DNA of 64,000 bases. It comes from Amphiscolops sp. MND2022 (Eukaryota). A program made the translations under genes and the position numbers. The notes under the pieces are model-generated. The model worked only from the letters and a program-made list of their open reading frames with translations. It ran no database searches and was not told the DNA's origin. This document shows, piece by piece, positions 25,601 through 37,600 of the stretch. Each line of letters starts with the position of its first letter. The stretch's first letter is position 1. The stretch is from NCBI GenBank assembly GCA_964187785.1, contig OZ076409.1, positions 22,012,001 to 22,076,000 of the forward strand, given 5' to 3'.

Positions 25601-28600
25601 TGTTTTAAAAGCAACGAGTTTAAAGATTACTGCAACGGTGAAAACATTAAACGAATTAGATGTACCCCGAATTTACATACGGGAAACGGATTGGTCGAGA
25701 GAACAATACGCACAATTAAGTCATTAACAAGAGCCAATTTAGAAGACGGCCTAACTTTTGAAGAAAGCGTCGCAAGGGCAATTAAAACAATTAGACAAAC
25801 ACCACATAACATACTGAAAATGACTCCCTTTCAACTACACCACGGACGAAAACCGCGCACACCGATCACCAATCTGATTGGACAACCCACCTGCCTATTA
25901 GCGGACTGGAAGAAAACATTAACTAATTATTTTTTAGCACACCCGGCGGAGCTACAAGTTTTTACAGTCCACGATTCCGACGGGGAACTCGCAGATTATT
26001 TGGTCCTCAATGAATCAAGGAAGAGGGGTAGATCGGTAAGAGACAATTTTGAAAGTTACCAATTTTTGAAAAGGAAACCAAGCCCAATGCAATGAAATGC
26101 AGGTTCAAAACCAATAAAATTTTAACCGCAGCTAATGAGACTAAACATACGATAACCACAACCGATGGAAAGGTTATCCACAAAAAACTAGCATCTAACC
26201 CCTTTAAATTTCAGCCAGCAAAGAAAACAGAAGAGCCGAGGAAACCCACCAATAGATGCAACAGATGCGGCCGATTCAGTCACGATGATCTATGTGACAC
26301 CCACAAAACAATCCGTTCCGAACAACAGGGACAATCAACGAGCGCAGATAAAACCATCCCCACAATGCCAATTGAAAGGTCCGAAGCACGACCGGATATC
26401 ACGGTAATATCCGACAGCCAGTCATCACACGCGGATGAATTACCGAGCACGGCAAACATTGATCCGGAACTAACCATCACAGCCGAAATCAAATACGACG
26501 ATGCCGTGAAACCAACAGAAGATACTCGAGATAACGAAACTCCCGCCATATCTCCACCAGTGGACTGCAGCACGGAGAAAACAAAGCGTACTGCTAAGAA
26601 CTTCGACAACACCCCTACTGGATCGCCACAAAAAAAACACACGTCCCCAAATAGAGGTGTAGTAGAACTTAATTTAGACGGGGGGGAAAATATAGAAAAC
26701 AAGGTGGTAGAAAAAGGGATCCGCAGATCAGATAGAATAAAATCTGCAAAAAGAGTAGTAAAAATGGGAGGAATAGAATATTTCTAACAAAATCTGAATT
26801 TAGATCCAAAGTCAAAGAACATCGGAAAAGCCAACGTCTCCCGCCGCAGCCCAAAGAACACAACAAAGACGGGAACTAACAAGAAACCCGGCGAGAATTG
26901 AGATCGCCCTCACCAATCCTGAGGAGGGGGGAATGAAGAGAGAATAGTCTAGACAACAGTAATTAGGTACCTGCCAATGAACTTACATTGCCCTCTAGAC
27001 TATATTCATTTTGATGCTAACTTTACGTTGAATACAGCTACACTTTGTATGTTACATTACTTACTCATTCTTAACTTGAGCATCCTACTTCAAACCTTTT
27101 ATCGAGTCTATAACACAAAATTTACTAGAAAAACCATCTATAGCAATCTTCGGAATTCTGGAGCTATTTCAGAACCAAATAACAAACTCACTTCGGGTCG
27201 GCTGTGTCTTTCGAAGATCTTCCTCCTCCTCCTCTCCCCGAGACCCTGGATGCTTCCATGTCTCTGTGGTCATCACCCTGGATCACGACTATGCTGGCAG
27301 GGGGCGTGCTCGTCGTCATCCTCTCCCTCTCCCTCTCCCTCTCCGACTGGGAGTGGGAGTGTAAATGGGTGTGATGCAGGGTGTGGTCTGGGGGCATATT
27401 GACGTTCACTATAGAGAGCTCTTCTTCGCTTTTGTCTTCTACACTCTCGCTGCGTGTGGCTTCTTCGTCAGGGGTGGTTGAAGCCAATCTGGAAATCACA
27501 TACGTTACAGAAGCAAACGTACCTGCCAGCATTTTTTCTGAAAACATGCTTCGCATTTTTGACTGTAATTGTTAATTTAAAAAAAAACTTAGAAGTCGGA
27601 AAATTAAATTCGGATGTCTTAGAATTGATTTGAACAATGTTTGCAGCTCGACTATGACGATTCGAAATAACGTTTTCGAAATGAGTTTTCATTCATCGAA
27701 ATGACAAAAAATGCAAGTCCCTCTGAATGCAAATGTCTAGACAACGTTATTTGAAGCTGTGGGTGCGTATTAAAATATCAATTTCAATTAGTTATTGGCT
27801 AAAAAAATTAAATTTTTCTATCGGCTGGTTACATCTAGATGTCATAAGTTTGATAACATACTCGCCTGGAGTCTTTCTTGCTTAAAAAATGGAAAAAGAA
27901 TATCGGCTGAATATATGGAAAATTAGGTTTCAGGCAATGCGATCAAGGAAATAGGTCAATTTTTCCGAAATTATGAATTTTGAAAGTAGGAAAGATTAAC
28001 AGAAGTGTACGTTTTTTTGTTTCAACCATCTTTTAATATGATACTTTCATTAATAACGAGCGGGAGGTGAAATGAAGGAAAACATTGAAAATTGTGACAT
28101 TAAAAAAATAGTGACGAACCCGTCACGTTCTCCCGGAGTTTGACTCTTTTCATTGCAAGTAGTGGCGAAGGCCACACTCACGATGCTCCTTCTGCTGGCC
28201 TTGCTCAGATAGGCGACACTGTTGTCTGCGTCCATGGAGTTGCTGCCCCCACCGCCCATCACTATGTTGGCCCCCCCACGACTGCCCTCCTCCATCTGAT
28301 GCTGCAGACGACTGCTGTTCAGCTGGAAAGACTTGTCTTCCTTCTCCGACCTGAAAAGCATTACTTCGAAGTACAGCATTACTTCGATTATAATCGTGAC
28401 TTTGTCGTATAAGTCTCATTGTTTTGATATCATTCTCCAGCACCATTCGTTTTTTGCCACTTTTTCATTTTTTTCAAAAGACATACTTTTGAACTCATTT
28501 CTATTCCCTGTATTGCTTCATGACGAAGCTAAGCGGTGTCGTTTCGATATGGTTCTCTTCTGTCTCTATAGCGTAGAACTTTTCAAATCTTGACCATGAG

Positions 28601-31600
28601 ACTACCCAAGTCTACCCAAGTTTTCTTACGAGAGGCGCGGCGGTGGCACTGCGATATTTTTCCTATATTGTTACAAGATGCGTTTACCCTAGTTGAAAGT
28701 GCTTTATAAGAAATTCTGTAAAATGCTTGGAAAATTTTCCGAAGTGCATAGATATGCCTAAAGCATTTTAGAAAATGCTTGGAAGTTTCATCAAATTTTT
28801 CCATGCAGGGTCCCTGATTTTCCATGTTTTATAAAAAATTAGCCCTGCATGCATGAATGCAGCATGGAAAACTTGCCGGCAGATTCGACTAGGGTAGGCA
28901 AAAATTAGGCACCTGCAAATCTCAATTGTTCGAAATAAAAATCCTGATTCACTGTTTTGACACAGACGACTATCCTGCTGTAGAGTTTATGGAACCCAAC
29001 AACCATCACCCAAACCCATCTTTTCACGGTAATACTTTTTCTGAATGGAGTAAACTCTCCATTCAGTGTCAACACAGGATCACCAACAACAATATTGAGA
29101 AACGAAGACGCTACCCAGTGTAAAATATTGTGAAACGTTTACCAAGATCTTCCTATAAATTCGTTATTTTTTGAAACCATTCATAAGATCTTGAATTATC
29201 TTGGACCGTGAAAAATCTTGAGATTCTTAACAAAACACTCGTGGTGAAAAAAAATCGAATCAATTTTCAAGAAAACGTCCGCGTAAGACAGTTGCACTAT
29301 GTTTCAGGTGTACATTTAGTACGTTACTACCGTAAACTGACATGTTTTTCTTTGAGAGGGTTACTTTAATGACCTGGCATCCTTTCCGCATCGTTTCCTG
29401 AAGCCACTAGATAGGTAGAGTTTTTGGGATAATAAGGACTAAATTCACTCTATCCTCCAGAATAAAGCTTTAAATCACGAAATCTGAAATCACGGTTTTT
29501 TGTTAGAATACGGCGCAAAATTACTGTATTTCCGTGGAATAACATATAAAATCACTGTATTCTATGGAATAAAGCCTAAAATAACTAAAGAGAGCCTCCA
29601 ATCTCCCAAAATAAAGAACTCGAATCGAGGTAGCTGCAAACTTTGTTTGCGGTCGGAAACTATATCCGACAACTTATGATAAACTTTCCGGCGCTTATAA
29701 AACGTATCTCCAGTGATTTTAGATTTTCTTCCCGAGAAGTCAAAAATTTTTTTTGCGGTTGGCTAGGTTGTAAATGGGAATCTTGAGACCTGTTTTGTTT
29801 TCCCGCTCGTTCTAGGTATTTCATGGATTTCTGGACAAGATTCTCAATAATTATTGAAAATTCCTGGGCTTCTTGACAAAATTCTTGCTAGTACTTGATT
29901 TTTTGAGTCTTTTCATTTTTTTGTGCGTTTTTGATGGCGAAAAATTGAGAATTTTTCTTAAAACTCTTGGCCAGATTTTGCACGATCGTAATATTTTTTG
30001 GCAAAAGTCGTGCCAAAAGTCTCACCAAAGGTTTCAGGAACATGAAAGATTCTTGACAAGAGTTTCAAGATTTTTACACCAAACGCCAAGAAAAACTAAA
30101 TATCTGTGTAAAATCGAAGGTGGTTCAAATGAACAAACACTCAAAAAACTACACAATCAAGCAAAGAATAGAGATGATGAAAAAAGCGTCCAATTGCAAC
30201 GATTTGTTCAAAAAAAATTTTCCGTAAAAAAGGAAAAAAGAAAATTTTGAACAGTCTCATAGTGCCAAAAAATCTGAAATGGGGGCTCTTTGGTTGGGTT
30301 TCTTTTAACATCCATTCTGTTGCAAAATATGAAAAAAATGAAAAGGGACCTTTTGCAGACAATTGAATAAAAGTCTCAGAAAGCCGAAAAAAGGGCAAGT
30401 CTCATAGTACCGAAGAAAGTGGAAAAGGGCCTTCCTGCTTTGGAATGGTTTTGCATTTCATGTTAGAGGCTTTGGATGCGTTCAAAAGGAAGTACTAAGT
30501 ACCTATGGTAAAAGTGCATAACGCACAAACAGTGAACTATCGTCGTGCATTCTCTTCGAAAACGCCGACTAAAAATTGGGTATTCACAAAATTAGTTTTG
30601 AATTTGTAAGTGAGTCAGCTGATGCAGTTTATCTCGCTGAACAGTCCTTTCCGGAAAAAATCCAATGCCAATTTTACCCTGGAGACATTTCAAATTTTCA
30701 TAAATTGCTTCTTTCAAAAATCTTCGTAATGAGGGCAATAAGAATTCCCCCAATTAGTCCTTTTTTTTGGGCGTACATTAGCGCTTGAATGGCTTGGCGT
30801 TCTCCTAACGGTAACAATGAAACTTTTGGAAAGCCTAATTTTGCCAGTTACAATACGAGAAAACAAGGTACTTGTAATAAAGGACATGAGAAAATCGCGT
30901 GAAATGTTTTCTGAAAACCGAACTTTAGAGTTGAAAAAAATCGACAAATGAATGACGATGAACAAGAACAACCCCAACTGAGGACCTCTCCCCCTTCGCT
31001 TAAAGCATTGCAACCACATATGCAAGTACACATAGCCCAAGAGCTATTCTACAACAAGAACAAACTCATACAAATGGTGGCTGTTGAATTTACGTTTCTT
31101 TGTTCAGGAATATCAACATACTCTGAGGTTAAAACATCTTGCAGATTTTCGTGAGTCTCAGTCCTGGAACTCGAACAACCAGGATCTAGCGATGATGAAC
31201 TAGTCAAATTATCTATTTTAGCAGACAGATTCTCAATCAACTTGAGGATTTCTCTCTGACAATGTTCTGTATCCCTCAAACGTTTTGACATTTTATGTTC
31301 CACTTTGCTAGTAATCTCGCTAGTAATTTGCTAGTAAAATTTTGCTCCGAAATAGTTATTTTCATCAGTTGGTATACTAGAATTCTCCACCAGGTCTGAA
31401 TACTCTACTGGGTCTCTCCTTAACTTTCTCTTCTGCGATTTCTCAAGCATTGAGCAAAGGAAACTTCGAAACTGACGAGACTTGAATTACTCGATGAACT
31501 TATGTTCAGATTAAGATATTCGAACTGTCTCTCGGTAAGGGTTTTAAAAAACAGGAGAACAATCAGTAGGGATTATAGCGAGTTAAACAAACACAATACG

Positions 31601-34600
31601 GGATTCTAAGATGACCCAAATTAATCAGTTAATCTCCAAACGATTTCAACAATTAGTTCAATGGAACAAGTTACAACGATTACGTTCAAATTAAACGAGT
31701 TACATCAATTCAAAATTTCAACTGCTCTTTTCTTAACCCGCCTCAGATATTATTACTTTTCGATAGACACGCGGGATAAATCCCGCGCGTGAACTCACAC
31801 CTCGTTCAACCCGGCGTCCTTCCGAGGCGGGGAGTTTCTGAATTAGGTAAGCTTCCTCGGGCTTCGGCTCTCGGCGTCTTCCCACTTTTAAGAAAAATGG
31901 GAATCAAATTCCTGCAGAAGTTCCAATTTGGAGTCCCTTCTCCTTCCTTCCTTGCCAATTTGTGACGCCGAAGATGAAGCTGGCAATGAAAGTTCAAAAA
32001 ATCTAGCTACTGACGCGGGAAAAAAAACACTTTTCATAGGAACAAAATACAATTCAACTGCAAATATGACAAAATATGGAATAAGTACTTTTTCCAATTA
32101 AGCGTCAGATACATACTGCTCATAATTTGCATTTTACGGGAATTAAACAGGTAATTATTCTGTTCACACTCCTGGTAGCACGTTCTACTTTAGGTTGATT
32201 GAACGGTCGACCAGAACGTTGACTCAAATTGCATGAACACATTTCACTCCGAATGAAACGATTAACGAATATTGGTATACTAAAGTGGTTAATACACGAG
32301 GGAAGTGATAATATTTCACCAATGAGTGAAAATTACACACATCTTTGAACCAGACAGTCTTATGGGTTTTACGAATATTTATAATTTGTAATCGCCAATT
32401 GGGAGACCGGAGTGTTGTCTCAAATTCAAATAAATGTGGTTTACACTTAACATTTAACAAAGAACATTTTGTGTCTTATTCCTGCACTGTTCTTCATATT
32501 TTAGTTTCCATGGGGTCAATTTGGTTCATAAATGGTCGCGTGTACTGATAGTAGAGGGTATTTAGTCTACAATTTAACAAATTCAACAACTGGGAGTTAG
32601 GCTCAAAATTGTCTAATTAATCGGTTGACTCAAATTTAGCAGAAACAAAATCATTTAATTGCATCGGTATTATGTTATAGGTGGATATTTCTTCCTTGCC
32701 GTACTTGTTTTCCCGTATTTCAACTTCTTTCAAGTTGGGATTAGATTTAAATAGTACAGAAAATTCATCATCGTTATATAGCATCGTTATTGGTAATTTA
32801 ATCGAGCGACTGGGCGTGCGTCCCAGTTTTCGGTTGACTGGTGAGCTGTCTGGAGAGGCCGCTCAGCTAGCACAGTAATTTTGCGCTAAGCGCTGATTGG
32901 TTAATTAATATAAGAATGAAAATTGATTTGCTTAGCTCCGCTGTTATTGTGGCAGTAAAAATGTTCGGTGCGCTGGTTGGATTAGTTTCAATCAGCTCGC
33001 CGATTGTTTTACTGTAAACAAACTATACTCATTGCAGTTAATTTAATTTAAGAATATATATATTAATGTATTTTAGGTACTGCACAGGGATCAAGTTTAT
33101 TGATATTATTTAAATAACTATTTAATTGTTATGTATTTTAATTGTTGTTTTGGTTTGGTTCTTGCAGGTTCTTATGCTAATTTTTCGGTTTCCTTCTGGT
33201 CACTTTCTTCGCTTCTCTCCTCAGGCGTTCCCATCTGGTTTATTTCTCCACAGCAACTCTGGGTCTGTGACAGTGACAAACGGCGCCAAAAAGGGCACCC
33301 CATAAACTAAAATTGCAACTAAAATCTACAGCCAATTTTGTATTTTTTTTCGAACATGTTTAGCTTTTGAATCGAATGTTTCTTCCCTCTTTATTATCAG
33401 AATACAATGGAAAAACTGCAAAATTAACAAAAGTTGTTCACTTTTATAAACAATCAATATAGACAATCATGGAGTTTCGAGATAACATGTTTTTGAAATG
33501 TATTTGAAACGAGAGCTGCATGTGTGGTAAATGAGTCGGAAACGATTAAAAGATTGATGAACAAATTACCCATTTTACTGTCATTTGGTTATTTTTGGCT
33601 ATGTTTCTCAGATCCCAGTCATACGTTTTTGATGTCATTGCACATATAGCACCGTAATATGGTATAGAATGATTGTGAAAAAAAATCGCTCGAATCGTCT
33701 GTACAGTTCTGAGAAAATTGAAAAACGTTAAAAAATGGCGGTTTTGGGCCATTTGGGCTAATTTTGGCTGTTTCTCATATCCTGATCATACGATTTCGAT
33801 GTAATTGCGCACAGGCGTAGCTTTGGGTGTAGAATGACTGTGCAAAATTTCATGAAATTTATGTGGAGAGTTTGTGAGAAATTTGAAATTTTCATTGAAA
33901 GATTGGGAGAAAAAGGTACGATTGCATAAGTAGTCGTAAAGTTTTTCCGACTCCTAAGATAATATTTCATTATTTTCTAAATCTCGGAATTCGAATCCGC
34001 AATCTCATATTTGGAGAGCTAGCGCGCATTCTATCGGGCCAAGTTGCCATGTTGTTAATGGTCAATTCAGCTTTATCTTTGTTCTTTGACTACCTTTAAG
34101 ATTATTATTTTCCGCCCACATATAATGGGGGAAGAAAATCATGATCTGTGTTGCGTTTTTTTTCCAAATTTTGCCAAATCTCCACGATCTCCGTCCACTA
34201 CTTGACTATTTTATTTAGCTACTTGACTGTTTCAGTTACTTGAACTCTACTACTACTCGAGCTCTACCACTACTTGAACTCATTTAATTTCTCCACTTGC
34301 CAAATCCCCACGATGGCTCATTTGGTAGTGCGTGTGCCTGGCAGACACGCACGATGTCGTCGGTTCGAACCCGAGAATTGATGCGTTACACTTTTAGCGG
34401 AAAATATCCCGGTGCTTAGCGGGCGTCTTGTTACTTTCTTAACCCTAGAATTCAACAAGATTTCGATGCATGCTTGCATTTAAACACTTCAGGTACAATT
34501 CAGTAGAATCTGTCCAAATACGCGTTCTTTTGGCCAACAATGAAGTCGTTTCAGAAACAGGATCAAGAATTATTTTGAGTATTTCAAATACTTGTTTGCA

Positions 34601-37600
34601 GACTTTCTGGGAAGTTTCTCAAGATCTGTCCAAGATCCCGCAATAAAATGTCAGGGAATTTTACTCTTATTTGTATATAAGCGGTAGAACCCAAAATGAC
34701 TGACCTGCTTGTGGGAGAAGGCTCGGAACCCCCGGAAGGTGACTCGCGACCCCCAGATGCATCTTCGTCCTTTTCATAGAAAGGGTGCTCGAATAAAATT
34801 TACAGAATAAATAGACTACGGCAATCAAAAATTCCATTGAGAAAAAAAACCAGAGCCGCACATGCGGTGAACGAGTCCGCTTAGGTCTTTTTCCTTCTGA
34901 CTCCCTCGAACCCCAGTCATACAATTTTTTTTAAACTGCACAAATAGGACCGCATTATGGTGTAGAATGATTGTAGAAAATTTCGTTCGAATCATATGGT
35001 TTTTGAGTTTTTGAGAAATTCGAAAAAAGTCGAAAAATGGCTGTTTTTTGACCATTTTTGGGCTAATTTTGGCCATGTTTCTCACATCCCAGCCATGCGA
35101 TTTTGATACCATTCCTATGTTGAGCACTCCCTGCGAAACTGTACAGATCTGTACAGAACCTGACATATATTCCAGGATTTTTCGAAAATTAACTAGTCAA
35201 AAAACAGTTTTGAAATTGAAATTAGTTGAATAAAAAGTGCTCTACAAGATACACACGCCTCCTAGTTAAAGTTTTGAAGAAAAAAGTTTCTGTGCGAATC
35301 TGTACAGATCTGTACAGATCCTGACAGATATTCCAGGATTGGTCGTAAATTAACCATCCAAAAATGAACAATAAATTACTATAACGTATTCCAAGTTTCC
35401 AGCAATTACTAAAACTACTCCAGCTAAACATGTTCCCGAAATATTACAACCACATTCCTTTATCAACACCTCTACCAACCCAGACGGTAGCCACATGTAT
35501 AATTACATCCGCCAAATCGAAGTCAATATAGCAAACGAGCCGGTCAAAGTTGAACAGCAACTTCTGGAAAGTTCGAGTGAAATAGATAAATTACCGTGCC
35601 AAACCTATACCAAACATTCCCCAGACACCAAAATTACCTTGATGGGGACAAGTTTTCCTGCTCAAGAATTTTGAGTGATGGAGATTTTCAACAGTCAGTT
35701 TTTAATGTGTTTTCATATTGGTTAGAAAAATGGGAAATTAATGTTGTTTCAATGCCCAGAAACAATTATTTTATTCCAATCGGGGAACGTCTCGTCAAAT
35801 CACATATTTGATCCAAAAGTTCCATCCATTTCAGCCTCAAAATGTTTCGCAGTTTTCAAAAAATCCATTTGGGCACCCTTTCCTCATTATCTTCATCGTG
35901 TTTGATGACCAAGTTAGGTGGGCGGGGCGTAGGTGTCAAAGCCGAAGAAGAGGGAGGTCGTGCTACCCCGACCCCGCCACCGCCGGTTACCATTGCAGTT
36001 CCCCCACCGCCCCCGGGGTCAGAAGAGATGACCCGTCGGTCAGCTTCGAACTGCGGACTAATTGACACCGAGTACTCTGAATAGTAGTTGCTGAAACAAA
36101 CCATTTTTTTGTCAAGATAAGGATTTTCAAGACTCAATTTCCGGAACGTTACAGGGGGCTTTCGTCGTTTTTAAGAAGTTTATTCTAGGGAGATGAGTTT
36201 AGTTGGGTTGTGGAAACTTTGAAGGGTTTCTATGACAGAGGTTCCGAAGTTCAAGTAGTATGGAAATTTTTACTTTTGGCGTCTAAAATAGTCCATTGCG
36301 TTTGTGCGGAGCACATACGATAGACAGACCTAGGTTAATTACGTTTTTAAAACGTCGGAGTAGTGAAAACAGCTGAAAAGGCTGATTATAGCATGTTTTG
36401 TTACGGTTCATTTGGCTAACTCGGTGTTTACTTATTAGACGATACTTCTCGCCACTTAAGTATAAGTAGAATTGACGTCATTGATGTAATTGTTCAATTT
36501 GGCTGAACCAGAGTCGATTTCTTAGAGCGCATTTCACTAAGTCCCGCTCATGAGCGAAAATATTCCAAGACCAACACAGAAAACCAAAGAGTGACAATAT
36601 CGAAAACCCCCCAAGTCAGGTTTTTCTCAAAGATTGTTAATCGTAGAAACCTGAACTGAAATATGGCACACGTATACCTGACCTGTTATGCGACGCGCCT
36701 ATAAAAACGGAACCAAACCGAGACCCCCATTCCGGGCTATTAGCACCGGAAGTGACCTATGTCGACCCCCATATGAACTTCGTCGGCCAAGTACGAGAGA
36801 AGTGTTATAATGTATTGAACTGATAATCCATAGAATGCTAAGCCGTCTGCGCATATGTTCGAAACCCTACGACGCGTGCAGGAGGAGCACAGTCCCTATG
36901 TAAACAAACCTAGAATGTTATGTAAATCGTCACCAGACGACACAAGGATCATGAAACCTTCCTAAGATGTTCATCTACTAACCGTAAGTAACGTACATGA
37001 AAGATACCTTATTCGGTCCACCACGCGCGGAGTAATGTTTGTTTAAGGCACGCGGGACCGGACGCGCGGGCACGACCGAAAAAAGACATTTGACCATAGC
37101 TTGTATTATTTCAAACGAATCGGAATAATAATTGTAGTCGATTACTAACAAGAATGGAACCGAATTTGTAACCCATGCAGGGGTTACCGCCTTAGGTAAA
37201 CAAACCAACCGCATATCATGTAAATTCGGAATCATTGACCCTAGGACAATATAACCTGGCAAGTAGCAGCTTTGGATGAGGACAGATAGCTTCAAGGTCA
37301 AAGGCGCACTTCAAGGTAACGTCAGGATGTGACCCCTGAATATATGGAGAATCGTATCTTAAAAGATGTAAACCAGTCTTTGCGCAGTAATTTATGCAAT
37401 TCAGTCAGGTGAAACGATTCGCGATACACCGCACTTCGAACGATAGAAAAGTACCTCTTACGCGTAGAGATCATGTAAACCATTTTAATTGAAGGTCTTT
37501 CAACAACTCTCTCCTGATATCAGAAATTCCTTGGGTGACTGGAGTTATTATTGAAATGTGAACTTTGTACAACTATTGTTGAATTATTGTCGTTGGCGGC

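Larger units (their letters stand above)
21289..27115 (+). mobile_element. Full-length Ty3/Gypsy LTR retrotransposon (Mag-like), recent insertion in host intron
   Basis: 182-bp LTRs at 21289-21470 and 26934-27115, identical by eye, with TG...CA ends. 5-bp TSD CAAAA. PBS TGGCGCAGTC at 21471, PPT GAGGAGGGGGGAA at 26921-26933. Domain order gag-PR-RT-RH-INT. Confidence 0.97.
33545..35110. repeat. Degenerate repeat family (tagaatgattgt.../ttttggccatgtttctca) in blocks 33545-33960 and 34830-35110
   Basis: The same ~180-bp motif set recurs at ~33590, 33760 and 34950-35110. Confidence 0.5.

Noticed and set aside
21479..26866. Antisense and overlapping ORFs within the Gypsy element
   Set aside because: Shadow ORFs of an A-rich coding strand, with no motifs.
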